Shown: positions 25,344-40,247 of the stretch, in pieces | Layout of the letters: every line of letters begins with the position of its first letter | How positions within the stretch are numbered: the stretch's first letter is position 1 | Assembly: GCA_013265495.1 (NCBI GenBank) | Contig: MU058844.1 | Coordinates: 9,134,184 to 9,198,183 of the forward strand | Origin: Vicugna vicugna | Lineage: Eukaryota | DNA length: 64,000 nt | Reading direction: 5' to 3' | Made by a program: the position numbers and the translations under genes | The notes under the pieces: generated by a model | Seen by the model: only the letters and a program-made list of their open reading frames with translations | Databases searched by the model: none | What the model was told of the DNA's origin: nothing

Positions 25344-25904
25344 CACATAGGATCTTAACAAATAGAGAAGAGCAGGGCAGAGGAGAAAACCTATGCAGTA
25401 GTGCAGAGAAAACAAAAATGGTTGACTTGCTGAATCACCGGAAGTTTGCTGTCACTGGTATGGGTTTAAAGAACCAGGATGTGACCAGATTGTGAATTTT
25501 GGACTGGATCCTGTTATGGAATGTTATGTTATCCAAAGCTCTGTGTGCTTCTGGCAAGATCCCTAGAACCCACTCCCCAACCACCTACCCAAGTCTTGTG
25601 GCTCCAACAATCTGCCTAAGCAACTGGCCATGCTAATCATTCCATGCTTTGCATCCTTGTTCATGTCAGTCACTAGAGGAAGCAAATCACATGTCACACT
25701 CTGAATGTCATCCCATACAGCTGAGCACACTTCCTAATCTAACCACATCTCCTGTAACTCCTCAAATTTCCACTCAGTTTTTAATTCACAATCCATTATT
25801 AGCAAAATCCTCTGTATACTCAAAGTCTTCTCTCCATGTGTCTCTTTATGATCTTGATCTCTCAAATTTGAAGTTCCTAGGACCAGCTTTGGAATTCTCT
25901 GTGT

Positions 25905-26900
25905 TCAGTTGCTGGTGATCTCATGGATTTAAATACCATCTATAAATTGAGCACTTCCAAATTTAGATCACCTACTGAGTTCTTTCCCCTGAGGGAGGAG
26001 TTCAAAGGGCCAACTCAGGATCTCTATTTGGACACATAGTCATCTCAAATGTAACAAGTCAATCTTCCTAACCTCCTAAACACCACCGCCACCTAACCTA
26101 GTCACCACCAGCAGCTGTCTTCTCAGTAAATCACTTCTTTCTCTTAGCTACTCAGGTTAAAAACTTTAGAGCTATTCTTGATCCTTTCCTTTATCTCACA
26201 CCCCATATCCAATAGCAAATTCTGCTAGTTCTATCTTCAAAATACAACCAGTACCCCTGCCATTCTCCCCATAATACCACTGTTATCCAAGCCATAATTC
26301 TCGCGCCTGTTTTTGGAAGAACAGTAATAATTTTATTTCTTCTCTGCCTCCCAATTCCATTAATGAATCCATTTCAAAGCCATCATAATGATCATAAAAA
26401 TTCTCTGCTCAAAAATCCCCCAGCCATTTCCCATCTCACTCAGAATAAAACCAAGAGACTTTAAAATGGTTTACAAAGTTCTTCCGGACTACCCTTCCCA
26501 AACCCTGTACCCATACTTTTCTAAATCCATTCCCTATTAGTCTTTGTCCTTAACCACTTCAATCCAGCCACACCAGCCTCCTTGTCCTTTCCCTCACCAA
26601 ATATACACTCACTAAGGGGCATTTTTACACCTACTGTCCCTTTTTTCCGATATTCTTTTTCCTAAGGTATTTTTTAACCCCTTCCCTTTCTCTAGGTCTT
26701 TGCTCAAATATCACTTTAATGGAGAGACTTTACATGACTCTACCTTCTCCTACCTACCAACCCAAATTGTCTACTGTGTTCTCTACTAGAGTGTAAATTA
26801 CATGAGGGCAGGAAATTTGTTAGTTCACTACTTTATTTTAAAGCCTAGGACACAAGAGATACTCAGTGCATATTTATGGAAATAATGAGCAAATGGATTA
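25905..26900 (+). mobile_element. LINE-2 fragment including 3' end
   Basis: tcatggatttaaataccatcta...catctcaaatgtaaca...ctcacaccccatatccaat...ccatctcactcagaataaaa. Confidence 0.75.
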
Positions 26901-27892
26901 ATAAATACAAAAAGGAATTATTGAATAATATAAAGCAAATATGTTATTTGACCATACATGTTCTTGAAAAGGATACATATAGCAGAAGAATATGTGGGGA
27001 AAAGAGAGAAGGTAGCAGTTCCTCTGTGGAAGCTGATAAAATAATTCAGGGAAAAGGTAGAATGTGTGTAATATAGGATGACGACAGTAAGAATAAAAAG
27101 GGCAGATAAGAGAAACATTGCAAAGGCCACACTGACAAAGAAGTGTGGTGAGAAAAGAAGTATGAGTCAAGTAAAATGTCAAGCCTTGGCCACTGGGAAA
27201 GGGGAAAACAACAGCAGTAGAAAATGTCTATAACGTTATCATTTATAGTTAAATGTTTATAACATTATAAAATTTATAATCATAAAAACAAAATTAAATG
27301 CTTACATGAACATTTAATTAAGGGCCATCAGATAACCCCTATCTCCATAAATTTACAGACTGAAGGTGATAATCCAATCAGAAGGTTATCAGATGCACAG
27401 ATAATTGTACCAATATTAAGCAAATGATTTTAACTCATATTAGGTGATGATTTTTCCTCATCCTTTTAGTCCAGTTTTCCCTCTCCTTCACCCATGTGTC
27501 CTTCAATCCTTACAGGATAGTAGAAATTCTTCACTTACTATAGAAATAAGACCTTTTCTTTATTATTTATATTGCTATGCTTTCTACTCTGCATTTTGAA
27601 ATAATGTGTATATAGCTGGTCATGACCTTAGCTTTCCCATATGTTTGCAAAAATTTAGGTTTGTGAATGTCAGGGAATGTAGATAAATTGATTTCTGCCA
27701 TTCACATTTTCATTTTGAGGGGAAAATCACATGTATTTTACTATCATGTCTAACAGTCTTTAACAAAATACATTAATCAGTTTTCCATTTTTAAAAAACC
27801 ATGAAGCTTGGTAGCTTGGTTTATCATAATTAAGTGTTGGTGGTGCTGTTGACATATGCATATCATCTAAGTAACACTTGTTTGATTTTTAG

Positions 27893-27984
27893 GAAAGATT
27901 AGCAGAAGAAATTGAAAAGCTGAGATCTGAACTTGACCAGTTGAAAATGAGAACTGGCTCTTTAATTGAACCCACAATATCAAG
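27893..27984 (+). CDS. PPFIA2: Liprin-alpha-2 coding exon (ERLAEEIEKLRSELDQLKMRTGSLIEPTIS-R), 92 nt, phase 0-2
   Basis: tttttag acceptor; AG|gtaaca donor. Confidence 0.94.
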
Positions 27985-30900
27985 GTAACATTAAATTGAA
28001 AACTTATCTCTAGTTCACTGAAAATCAATATGACTTTCCTTATGATTTCATATCTCCTCAGATAAATGAGTACCTCCTATTGCTCAGCAAGCATTGCCCT
28101 ATTTTGGCTCCTTACTGATTTACAGTTCCTACACTTAAAAATAATTCTCCAGTTTAGTAATCCTTTCTTCAAATATGCAACTAAAGTATAAATTATTACC
28201 TTTTGTATTCTGCATTTAATTACATGGATGGGCATATATAAAAAAGAGCCTTAAATGAAAAAATAAAACTGTATATAACAAGATTACCTCTCATTCCAGA
28301 AAGGAGTATCAGCCATTTTCTCTGCATGCAGAATGTTTTCAGTACTTAACTTTACTGAAGAAATATAATGGCTTATGGTCACTTAGCATCTACCTATTTT
28401 GTTAAAGTAATTGCGATAAAGAGGGAAGGAGAAATTACACATTTAAAAAAACTTCAAGTAAATGTATTTATTCTCATCTACTTTGACTCAATACTTCATC
28501 TTAAAAGAAAAAAGTGACAAGACGCTTGTTTACTCTCTAGACAGATCAAACTTGATAATTCATATATAGTTTTGTGTGCTTAAGGTCTCTTTTTAAAACT
28601 GGTAAGAAACCCTAGAGGGATTCACTCTTGTGAGTATTTATTTGATAAACAACACAATATCCTCTACCTGAAACTTTTGACCACCACAGACTTCTGGAGG
28701 TCCATTTTTCTTGGTCTTATGCTTATCCTAAGAATGTTAGCTCCACAAGAGCTGGAATTTTTGTCTGTTTTGATTACTCTGATCTTAGCACCTGGTATAA
28801 AAAAAAACTTGGTATATAGTAAGTATACTCTCAATAGGTATTGTTGAATGAGTGCATGTCTAGTAAAGCATTTTTCAGATACGTAGGTAAAAAATCCTAA
28901 TTTTAAAAAAATCCTAAAGGTTCTTACATTCTCTTCAATATAAGTATTAATAAAAACAGAATTCAGTATTGTGAGTATTTCCACCTTCAGTTTACTATAA
29001 GAAACACAGTTCTGCAGACATTAATACACCCAAGGAACTTTTAAATATGCAGGTCTTTAATTTTGAAAAAAATTTTTCTGAATGTTTTATTATGATTTAC
29101 ATATCTGAACTGATATTATTAATTCAGTGATGTGCCTTTATATCATGATGATGATAATGATGGAGAAAGATAAAATAGTTTATCAAATATCAACAGAGTA
29201 AATACAAAGAACTAGTATTATCTAACCAACAAAGGAAATATATTTTAATAGGAAAAAATGGCCATTTCAATGTCTTTTTGACTTTATGTCTTAGAAATAC
29301 AGAGTTGTAGAAGTGTTGTGTAAAAGTCCATCATTGTAGTGAGTTTTCATGGCAGCTTAACAATGTGATATTTATCTACAATTAAGAATCATCAGGGAAG
29401 CTTGGGAACTACATACAGAACAATTATTCTCTGATGTAACAGACTGTAGTAGAAACAACACGACTGAAAATTTAAAGACTGACATTCCTAGGTCTTAGAC
29501 ATACAATTACTAGCTATTTGATTTTGGAGAACCCAATTTTTCTTAGTAATTCAACTCATGTATACTTCACATGAATTCTATATAAAATTGTATTTTATGA
29601 CTCATAAGCTTATTTTGCAGATAAAATGAGACAAGTAAAAAAGGTTTTTTTTAAAAATAGTAAATCACATCACAAGTGTTACAGGTATTACTAAGATCGC
29701 TAATTTTATAAGTTACCAGGTAACTGAATATTTATTCAGTAGCATTTGTTCAACATTTGTATCTCTGAGTGCACACAATTGATAAAGAGACAATGAAGAA
29801 AACAGAAAATGCATGAGAACTTTATCTACTAGTTTTTGATCTTACAGGTGGGGCAGTAGGAAGAGATGAGCTAAAGTGAGAGAATATCAGTAACTAACAT
29901 CCTCTACTAGTATCTCATCTTAGAGGAAAGGGGATGAAGGCCTGATTTGGCTCAGTTCTGAAGAAAGGGTAGGACCTGGATGATTGGAAAGGACAATGGA
30001 GGGCATTCCAGGAAGCAGAGGGATGGGTAACAGGCTTTCCCGAAGAAAATTCATACTAGCTTTATCTATGGAAGTTCTTTTGTGAGATTATATGCAGGAG
30101 ATTTGGGCGGGAAAGCTACAAGTTTCCTTGAACCAGTGACTGTATTGTAACATATCTGCAAGTGTCTCTCAAAATATTATATAACAAGAATAATTTAAAA
30201 ATTGAAATATATAGAAGTATTGCCTCTGAGAGCTCACAGAGTTGAATAAAGGAGAGAAGTGAGGAATAACTGCTTTAGATGAAGTACAGGCAATGGGCTC
30301 TCCTACAATTAGTGATGATTCAAGTCTGTTGTTCTTTCGAGATCAATTAGGTACTTGCTACTTGTGGGACACTGACATGGGAGATCTAGTGATAATGGTG
30401 ATGAAGAATACACGTTCCAGGTGGAAGGTGCAGGACTACGAATTTGAGGACTGTTCTAATAGAGGGAACATCAGGAGTTAGAATAGTATATGACAGTGAG
30501 ACTTTAAAGCTGACTCTGAGAATGTTAACCACATAAATGTGTAAAGAGATTATTTCAGGCAGAAAGAATAGCATACTCAGAGGTTCAAGGGAAAGAAAGT
30601 ATGAGTTTGAAGAAAATAAAAGCACAGCTGACGAAGGGAGAAGGCGGAGAGTAACTAGAAGTGAAGCTGGAAAGTCGGACGGGCCCAGATAGAAGGCCTT
30701 GGAAGGACAGTGATGAGTTTTGAGTAGGGCATTGATGGTGCTAAATAGGGCATCAGATCTGTGTTTTTGTTTCGTGCTTTTATGAATGACCTAGAGCTGC
30801 CAGATAAAACAATAAGAAAACAATACTGCTAACAATGACGAGTTACATTCTAAAACCTCTACCCTGATGTACACAGAGGCATCACGCTAGGCAGCCACAG

Positions 30901-32327
30901 ACGAAAGGTCCCTAGAACGTTCTGAGCTAGAAAGTTCAGGCTGTGTTATAATCAACTGCATTCATTCATTGTCTTAGTAGATATGTATCAAGTTCTTATT
31001 ATATTCTAGGAATACCTCCTTGAGCATATAATGGTGACTAAAATCTGATCTTTGTCTCCATGAAACATACCCTCTGCTATAAATAAAGACTGAGAGTTGT
31101 GCCATTGTATGAGTATGGCCTGGTTGGTTAGTTTTTAATATGTGACTAATTCATAATGGAGCCATTTTGTTTGATTAAGTCTCAAGTTCACTGCTGTAAA
31201 GACAATAGCTGTCATCTCTTTGGGGGGTGAGTCCTCCGTTCATTTGCTTTAATGTCCAATTTGGCAGAACAAGGACTTGCATCAGTTAGGTCAGTGTCTT
31301 CTAATTTTTCAGAAACCTAGACCTCACTGAACCTTTTCTAATCTTGCCACATATTTGGAGATGTTTGTCTTTGTACACAAAGAGAACTAAGGGTGAGAGC
31401 ATAGTAGACCAGCAGGAGCCCCAAGTTCAAGAGGAAAACACAGCTTTAAGCATATTTCCTACTGATGGTGGATCATTTTCTAGGACAGCATGTTGCAGTT
31501 GTTATCATCATCATTATTTGTAGCAGTGAACTGAATTTTCTATAAACCTATATATAAATAACATACCTGGAGAAACCTTTACTGCCCTGTGATTATAGTG
31601 TACTTTATATCATGTTTTTGAAAATCTGTCTGATTATTTTTTCCAATTGGAATTTTTCAACTGTTTAATCTCTAAGCAGATTTAGGAATTAAATACGCTT
31701 ATCAAAAGATTTTTATCTTTTTGAAACAATGTCTTATCAAAAGCTGAATAACTGTTCTAGTGGTATATCCTATTTTATTAAAAAAATAAGATTATTAACC
31801 TTGGGTCAATCTGATTTTAACCTTCTCACTGATTTTCTAACTTGAAAAAATATAATGTTGGAAAATAGATAATTCTGGGACCCAAAAAGTTTACACATTT
31901 TTTCTGTTAGATTAATAAGGAATATTTAAAGTATATACAGTAATAAATAGCATATTTTGGAATATCTACTAAATAGTTCAAACTAAATAAAGTTGTCAAA
32001 TGTAAGCCAATGGATCTTAGTTGTCAACCTTAACATATTTCATTGTACTACTCCATTTAAAAATGATAGTCAATGAAAAGAAAGGTTTTTTATATTCTAA
32101 AAAGAGAAAATAAATGACCTTTGGAATGAACCTGAGACTGGAATTTCTGACATAAGCCTCTGAAGAGACTTCTAAGAGTCATGACTATTCCTCAGTTTTC
32201 TTCCCTAAAGTTTATTTTTCTTTTTCCCTTGAGTTTAGATTTATTGCCAGTTAAGCAGTGGACAATGATGTGCTGTTAAGTTTAATTTTTGAGGTTGGGC
32301 ATATTTCATGTTTTCGATTTTTTCCAG

Positions 32328-32463
32328 AACTCATCTAGACACCTCAGCTGAGCTGCGGTATTCTGTTGGATCCTTGGTGGACAGTCAGTCTGACTACAGA
32401 ACAACTAAAGTAATAAGAAGACCAAGGAGAGGCCGCATGGGTGTGCGGAGAGATGAGCCAAAG
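32328..32463 (+). CDS. PPFIA2: Liprin-alpha-2 coding exon (THLDTSAELRYSVGSLVDSQSDY...RRDEPK), 136 nt, phase 2-0
   Basis: ttttccag acceptor; AAG|gttaaa donor; phase matches the upstream exon. Confidence 0.94.
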
Positions 32464-34218
32464 GTTAAATATTTATTTTAAGTCTTTGATGGTGTTAAGT
32501 AATTACACTTTCCTTCTGGATAGAATTTTTATACTGTGAGAATTTTTAAAAACCAGCATTTGTATTAGTTTCAAGTGTGACATGTGACATACTTTTAAAA
32601 CAAAATTTCAAGTATAACATATGATGTATTTTTTAAAACTATAACTGATATGAAGCTTCTACTACATGCTAGAAATTGAATTCAGCATGTCCCAAGATTT
32701 TACTCACATAACCTTATGAATTTAGTACTGTTTTTATACTAATTTCAGATATGAAAAGATTGAAGCTCAGAAATTATAAGTGTTCAACATTACACAGCCA
32801 GCAACGTGATAGAGTCAAAACTTGAGCCTGTATTGGTGTCATTTCAAATCCCGTGGTTTTATCCATTATGCCATAATTCCCAAACAAATGGACTTTTGGT
32901 TTGCTTGAGCACTTAAGCAATGGCATTCATAATTGTTAATTACAATTAAGTAAATATTTAAATAATAATTAGTATTTTAATAACACTTTGAGGAAATTGA
33001 GAAGTGTCTGTAGAGAACTGTCCACGATAAAATGCAGTGCCAGCCTTTCATTCAGTCAATGACTTAAAATCTATAAGCTATGTGTGTTGAGTAAGTTTAT
33101 AGTTGAATTTTATAGAGAGGTAATATTGTTCCTTTATGTCCTAAGTATAGTTTGTTATCCTCAATCTCTTTTATGTGTTCAAAATACTATATAACCTACG
33201 TGTCCTTATTTGTACAGGTTCTTGACACCCTTTGTGTTTTAATTGGCACCTACATGTCATGTACAGATTAAACCCTCATTGTAGGCCTTTAATGTCTTTT
33301 GAATGGATAAGTAAATAAATGAACAATGAAGAATGAATAGCAACAAAGAAATCTTTCTCATTGTATGTGACAAATAAATCAGGGCGCTTAACGCTAAAAC
33401 AATTTGTAACACGTCTGCTTATTCAGGTCCTCAAATCTTAAGTAAATACTCAGGGAAATATCATGTAGTCCCACCAGAAGTCATTTTATATCATCATGAA
33501 TATGAAAACCAATTTTTTACAAAGCAGAAAACTCTAGGGTCTCTCTCTTACTCTAAACCATCTCCTACTTTCAGGTCACAGCTTGAAAAACACTGTTATT
33601 CAAGACTTTCATTCCCATGGAGGATTTATTATACTATTTTAAAGATATATACTCATGAAAATTAGTATACCTTGGGCTTAAGAAATCAGTGAGGCATTTA
33701 AGTGACCAGAGCAGTGGAGGTGAAATTAAATTGCTTTGCAATATTTTTATTAATACCTTGTTAGAATATTGGGGAAAGAATTCTTGTGTAATTTGTTGTG
33801 TGATAATATTTGTAGTCTCAGCCTATAATAAAAAAGTCTAGGTAAGACTAAGTAGTACAAGAGATGGAAATGCTTAAGTACAAGTGAATAGAGAGTGTTA
33901 TATTTAGAAACAAGGAAACATGTTACAGACATAGATGCTTTAAAGTAATTGCTAGCTTGAATTGAGGTTGAACTAAAAAATCATGCAGAAGTTTATCATC
34001 TTTATTCCTATTAAAATCTCGATGTTTATGCTGAAAATTAGTACCTGCCATTTTTTAAGATATCAAGAAACTATTTCATTGAAGTGACAAATGAAAATGT
34101 TAATAATCAGTTGTACTTTTGCCAGGCAAGCTATGTGTGCTTTTAGTTTTTATTTTCAGAATAGTGCTTTGATAATAAGCAATATGATAAATACTGTAAT
34201 TGTTCATTTACCATCCAG

Positions 34219-34439
34219 GTGAAATCTCTTGGGGATCATGAGTGGAACAGAACTCAGCAAATGGGAGTGCTAAGCAGCCACCCTTTTGAAAGTGACACAG
34301 AAATGTCTGACATTGACGATGATGACAGAGAAACGATCTTTAGTTCAATGGATCTTCTCTCTCCAAGTGGTCATTCTGATGCCCAGACTCTCGCCATGAT
34401 GCTTCAAGAACAACTGGATGCCATCAACAAAGAAATCAG
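34219..34439 (+). CDS. PPFIA2: Liprin-alpha-2 coding exon (VKSLGDHEWNR...QLDAINKEI-R), 221 nt, phase 0-2
   Basis: atccag acceptor; AG|gtgagt donor; ORF 34219..34443. Confidence 0.96.
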
Positions 34440-35329
34440 GTGAGTTCAGTTATTGCTGATGGTCCCAAGGATTTCGAAGAGCTTGACTCTAAAAGTGTGA
34501 TCATCAGATCAGAAGCGTTGGTGTCATCAACGGGGCTTACCAGAACTGCAGAATCACTCCACACTTCACCCCACAGCTACAGAATCAGAATATTGTCACA
34601 GATTTCCAGGATAAAATTAGGATAGCCTTTGTAAGAAACATACATGAAAAAGGTACAGACTAATGATTGATTTTAGAGAAATATGAAAGAATGAGGTAAA
34701 GGAAGTAGCTGATGAATTTTAAAGCTCTTTTAAAATAAAAATTTACTGTTTAAATGATACTTGTGGTTATAAGGTACATACCTAACGTAATTTAACCCTG
34801 TAGTAAAGGCACTAAATAATATGCAAATTAATGTGCTGCCAGCTCCTAAAAAGTATTTAAACCTTGTAGTGAAATTAACTATGACTGAATTATTTCATTG
34901 TAGATATGAAAAAATGTATTATCACCATACATACTAGATGGTGGATAATAGATGGTTTCCAAAGAATAGTTAACATTATAGAGTTGAAACTGTATAACTT
35001 AATATTTCAAACTTTGAGTGTTGTCACTATGATGATTTCAATTTGAATTTAATACTTTCATGAATCCCAATGATATTCATAGTCTTTATCTGTCATTAAT
35101 TTGGCTAATCCCATTGAGGAACCCGATCGAGTCAGGTGGATTTACTTTCTTTAGAACATCAAGAAACTGTTTTCAACTTTCATTTTTTTTAAAACTGATG
35201 AAAAGTTTTTTACTATTTTGAACACCCCTATTATTTTTTCTGGCCCTCGCTAGATCTGTTGGCCTCTTAATATGATTCAGATTACCTAGTTCCTTGCTAT
35301 CATCACCCTATTGCATATTACAATTTTTT

Positions 35330-35860
35330 TCTCAAATGGATGACCATAATAGTTTCTATTTGGTCTCTTTGTAGTACATGGACTCCCCATCTAGTCCAAA
35401 CTAACATCACAGTCAGAGCAGACTTTCCAAAACCCAAGTGTGCTGATGTAATTTCCCTGTTTCAAACGCATCCGTTGCTCTTTAAAGAACAAAGTCCTTC
35501 ATGTGGTCCACAATGCCCCACCTCGTCAACATTCTCTTCCCCTTCACCTGCAGACTCAGTGTCCCATTACATGTGACTTCCAGTTCTTCCAATACCCATG
35601 CTCTCTCCTTTGCTCTTGCTGTTCCTTTCTTCTGGAATATTCTCCTTAGTCCACACACTTCCCCACCTTTACTCTTACCCACCACGAACAGCTCTGCCAT
35701 CGCTTCTTCAGTTCATTTTACTATCGTCCTTCAGTCCTTCAGTTCTTTACCTTCACTAGATCATTAGAGAGAAACGTTATCTGGTTTTGCTTATGGTTTT
35801 AATTCCAAATCTTAGCATTTTGCTTGATAAACAGAAAGTGCTTCACAAATATTTGATTAC
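35330..35860 (+). mobile_element. LINE-2 3' fragment
   Basis: Degenerate L2 3' motifs and tail (aagtgcttcacaaatatttg). Confidence 0.5.
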
Positions 35861-37084
35861 TGTATACATATTAAAAATAACATAGAACGTCATTTCCAAC
35901 TAAAGAACACTTTCTAATGCTGTGAAGATAATGGTTAAACTCACTGAATAGATTTGAAATCAAGTGTGTATCTCGGTGATATTTATTTTCACCAAAAGCA
36001 TATACACACACCCTCCAGAACAACCTACATCTCCCCAGGGGCTCTTAGCTTTGTGACATTAGGGTGGTGATTCCCAGTCACAATCTTGGCCTAGACTGGC
36101 CGATACTCAGATAATGTGTTCAAACTAATGTCCTTCAGTATGTTTCCTCCCTGTCTCCCATAATGTATTTAATATGGCTGATTTGTAAAATACTAAGAAG
36201 TACATGAAATTTGAGTACATACCCACACTCAAAAAAAAAGAAAAGCATCTTGTTAAAAAGCTGTGGTGATCTGCTAACACCAACCAGAATTTACCTCTGG
36301 GTAAGATTGTTCGTTTTTTTTTCCATGAACAGATTTAACTGTTAAAACAATGCCTCTTCTCTGGCTTCTTCACAGTTCACTGATGCACATTACTTCAAGC
36401 TCATTTGCCACTGCAGTGTTTATTCATCTGTTCATCTATAGTTAGCTACTGTTTTGCCTGCCTTATTTTTTGTAGTTTTATTTGTCCTCTCATCCTTCTC
36501 TGTGACTCCTAAGGGAATTCCTTCTTAACACAGTAGGACTAAAAGGCACATGTTTTGTTGCTATTTTCTTTGCCTTCCATGTTAACATCAGGATCCTACA
36601 TATCAATGGGTAGTCAGTTATTTTTACAAAAAAAAAAAAACCTGAACATCTAGGTAGCATTGGATTTATTGTTTGATTAGACTCCAATCTACCGTTTACT
36701 CAAGTAGTTCCTCTAGGTTTGACTTCCCTTGACAATCAATAGAATACCTAGAGTTAATAACCACGTGTTTGTGTTTTTGTTTTTTGCACAGCAGAGCTAT
36801 GTTGCCTCTCAACAGAATGTTTTTCTCAAGGAGTCATTTCCCACTAATCATTTTAAAAGTACAAAATTATTTTTTTTTGAAAGAGGAGGCAGTTTTTCCA
36901 TTGGAATGTGTTTTAAAACATTAATGATGTTGTGCTGTTACTTGATTAAATTGTCCTTGGGATTCTGATCTTTGGTAAAGTTAAAATGCACCCATAAAAA
37001 TAAACTTCAAAGAACAATTCATATTCTTTGTGAAAGTGAAAAATTATAATTAAGAATAGATATGCCTCTTAGTATTTTTGTTGA

Positions 37085-37835
37085 CCTTGTTTTTTTATAG
37101 TAGTTTAAGGTTAACAGCAAAATTGAGGGAAAGTACATAGATTTCCCATATTCCTCTTAGCTCTGAACATGTATATAGCCTCCCCCACCATCAACATCCT
37201 ACACCAGAATGGTATATTTGTTACAACTGAGGAACTTACATTGACACATCATATCACTCAAAGCAATAGTTTACATTATGGTTCACTCTTGGTGTTGTAT
37301 ATTCTATGAGTTTATAAAATGTATTATGATATGTATTTATCATTATGGTATCATACAAAGTATTTTCACTGCCCTAAAAATTCTCTGTGCTCTGCCTATT
37401 CATCCCTCTCCCCTTCCCAAACAGTGACAACCACTGATCTTTTTACTTTCTCCATGGTTTTGCCTTTTCTAGAGAGTCATACAGTTGGAATAATACAACA
37501 CATAGCCTCTTTAGATTGGTTTATCTCATTTAGTCATATGCACTTAACATTCCTCCATGTCTTTTCATGGCTTGGTAGCACATTTCTTTTTAACGCTGAA
37601 TATTATTCCATTGTCTAAATGTTGCAGTTTATTTATCTGTTCATCTAGTGAAGGACATCTTGGTTGTTTCCAAGTTTGGGCAATTATGGATCAGGTTGCT
37701 CTAAACATCCGTGTGCAGGTTTTTGTGTGGGCATATGCTTTCAACTCCTTCGGTTAAATACCAAGGAGCACAGTCACTAGATTATATAGAAAGAATATGT
37801 TTAGGTTTATAAGAAACTTCCACATTTTTCCAAAG
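37085..37835 (-). mobile_element. Old L1 (L1M-type) 3' end
   Basis: Antisense L1 motifs (gaaggacatcttggttgtttccaagtttgggcaattatg, acattgacacatcatatcactcaaag). Confidence 0.85.
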
Positions 37836-38749
37836 TAAATATGTAAAAAGAAAACTTTGCAGGGATCATATCCTTGAAGTTAGCGTTATATATCATAAGA
37901 AATCACAGTAAGTCATTTGTAGTTAAGAGGAAAATATCTCAAGAGGGGTGGTTTCTAACCCCCATTTTTTCAAACAAACTGTACTGATACACAGTTTTAT
38001 TGTTAACAGTATGCAAAATGTGTATAGGTTCAACTCAAAGAGGATCTTTAAGCAACCAAGCGAAAGTTCTTTATTCTTTGTGTCTTTGTAATAACTAAAT
38101 TATACATATTCTTGAAGCTTCTCCCTATTTAAAAAAAAAAGGAGTAATAGTGCTTTGTCTTCTCAAAAGCACTTACATCAACAGTTTTTTTTTTAAGTTT
38201 AGACTATCTATCATCTCCACATTATTAAATTGCTTGGTGCTTATTTAAAGGCACCTTAGCTAAATTGGCATTGGTGATGAAAAAGACTCAGGGTTTTATT
38301 TGGCCAAATGATAATTATGAATGAGCATTTATCAAGGATTCTATCAATTATACATTTTCATGGGTAGGAAGTAAGAGTCAATGATTTTGTTGAGATTTGA
38401 GTTTCTAAAAGTCTCATTTACTGGTTCCTGGACTTAAATATAGGATTAGGATTTGTGGCAGAAATTAACTAGACAGGCAAGGTTTTAAAAGAGTTTTAAT
38501 GGTGGGTAATATAGAAAAGAGGTCAAACTGAAAGTGGGGAGGAATTATATATCATTTGAAAAGAAGGATTTTCTAAATTTCAGCCAAGAAGCCTCCGGAA
38601 TTTATTGAAAGTTATATTACCTAGAGAAAAAAAAAGAAAATATTAGATTTGATATAAAATGTTTGCAAAGCATTTATCTATTTATTTTGTGACTTCCAAT
38701 TAACATTATAACAGTGTATAATGTATCAAAATTAAACTGTATCTTTCAG

Positions 38750-38987
38750 GCTAATTCAGGAAGAAAAAGAATCTACAGAATTACGTGCTGAAGAAATTGA
38801 GAATAGAGTGGCTAGTGTGAGTCTGGAAGGCCTGAATTTAGCGAGGGTCCACCCAGGTACCTCCATCACTGCTTCGGTTACAGCTTCTTCGCTGGCCAGT
38901 TCATCTCCCCCGAGTGGACACTCAACGCCAAAGCTCACCCCTCGAAGTCCTGCCCGGGAAATGGATCGGATGGGAGTCATGACACTG
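38750..38987 (+). CDS. PPFIA2: Liprin-alpha-2 coding exon ([20 protein letters not shown]...MGVMTL), 238 nt, phase 2-0
   Basis: ctttcag acceptor; CTG|gtatga donor; overlaps ORF 38808..38993. Confidence 0.96.
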
Positions 38988-40157
38988 GTATGATATGTCC
39001 AGCGACCAGTTGCCCCCATTAGTTTTAAGACTACATTCCCTAAAATGTATTGGATGTTTATTCTAGTCTAAGCTTTCTGTGTGTTTTGTTTTCTTTTTTT
39101 CTCAACAACCCTGTGCGGTGGGTACAAATAATAATCCCGCTATGAGATGAGGAAATGTAGCCTATATAGGTAGAACTTCCCAAGGTCACGTAATAAATAA
39201 ATGAAAAAGCAGATCTAAATATCACGTCAGAAATCTCACTTACCTAAACCATTAAGCACGTTTTTACTGATGATATCTTGATGAAATAAATTTGGACTGG
39301 ATTTTTTTAACACAATGAAATATAAGAAGTATCTATAATAATTGCTTCAACATACCAATGTAGAATGGTATAATTTTATAATATACATAATATAATTTTA
39401 GAAGAAGAGCTACCAACAGCAGTAGCAATTTCCCAGTCGTGTTTTATAATTTCATGTCTACATTTTCATCCTTCTTTATTCTTTATTTTATTTATCTTCA
39501 TTTGGGATTAAAAGTTGGAAATCTAAATTAAGAAGTACCCTTAATGTAATAGAGAAAAAAATCAAAGTGCTCCTTGCTAAAAAATAATATAGAAAAACTT
39601 CTGGAAAATATGTGTGAGATGACTACTGAATGCTATAATGTTTAGTTATTTGATTCTCATGATAACATTTGAAAATCTTAGGGCATTATCTCAGTAGAGA
39701 GCAGAGATAACTGAAATGTTGAAAGTATAAATTAATTGTCCATGTTCAACACAGCTAGTAAAGTGGAACTGGATTTTTCTTCAAATTCACTAATTCAAAA
39801 GCATATACTATTCTGGGTTTTTTTTTCTGTGATTACTTGGAAATATGTTGAAATGACAACAGTAATGAAGGTTTAAATATTCTAAACTGTTTATGGAGGT
39901 AAAATTCTATGTTTTTGTAATGAGTATTAAAACTATTATTATTAAAACAATAAAATTCCAATTAAAAATAAAAGTTTAGGGATAGAGAGTAATTAAGTTT
40001 AAAATAGGTCAAACAATACTTTATACACTAAAAAATCTAGCACAAATATAACAAATGGAGGGGAAATTAGTAATACTAGAGTGGAGTAGGAAGTGTATAT
40101 AGTGTTTCTGGTCAGGAGGCTGTGAAGCTGTTATAAAAAGTGTCACAAAGCCTACAT

Positions 40158-40247
40158 CTGTGTGTGTTTGTGTGTGTGTATGCATATGTGTGTGTGTGTG
40201 CATGTGTGTGTGTGTGTGCATGTGTGTGTGTGAGAGAGAGAGAGAGA
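40158..40247. repeat. Compound (TG)n-(AG)n microsatellite
   Basis: Seen directly. Confidence 0.9.

Noticed and set aside
34440..34740. Stop immediately after the exon (AGG TGA), a 61-aa ORF and AATAAA at 34734, suggesting a truncated isoform
   Set aside because: The stop is just part of the consensus GTGAGT donor, and AATAAA is common in this AT-rich DNA; there is no independent support.
38756..39019. Antisense ORFs over exons (also 22022..22216, 43932..44186 and 6565..6765)
   Set aside because: They are shadows of the coding strand with no independent gene signal.
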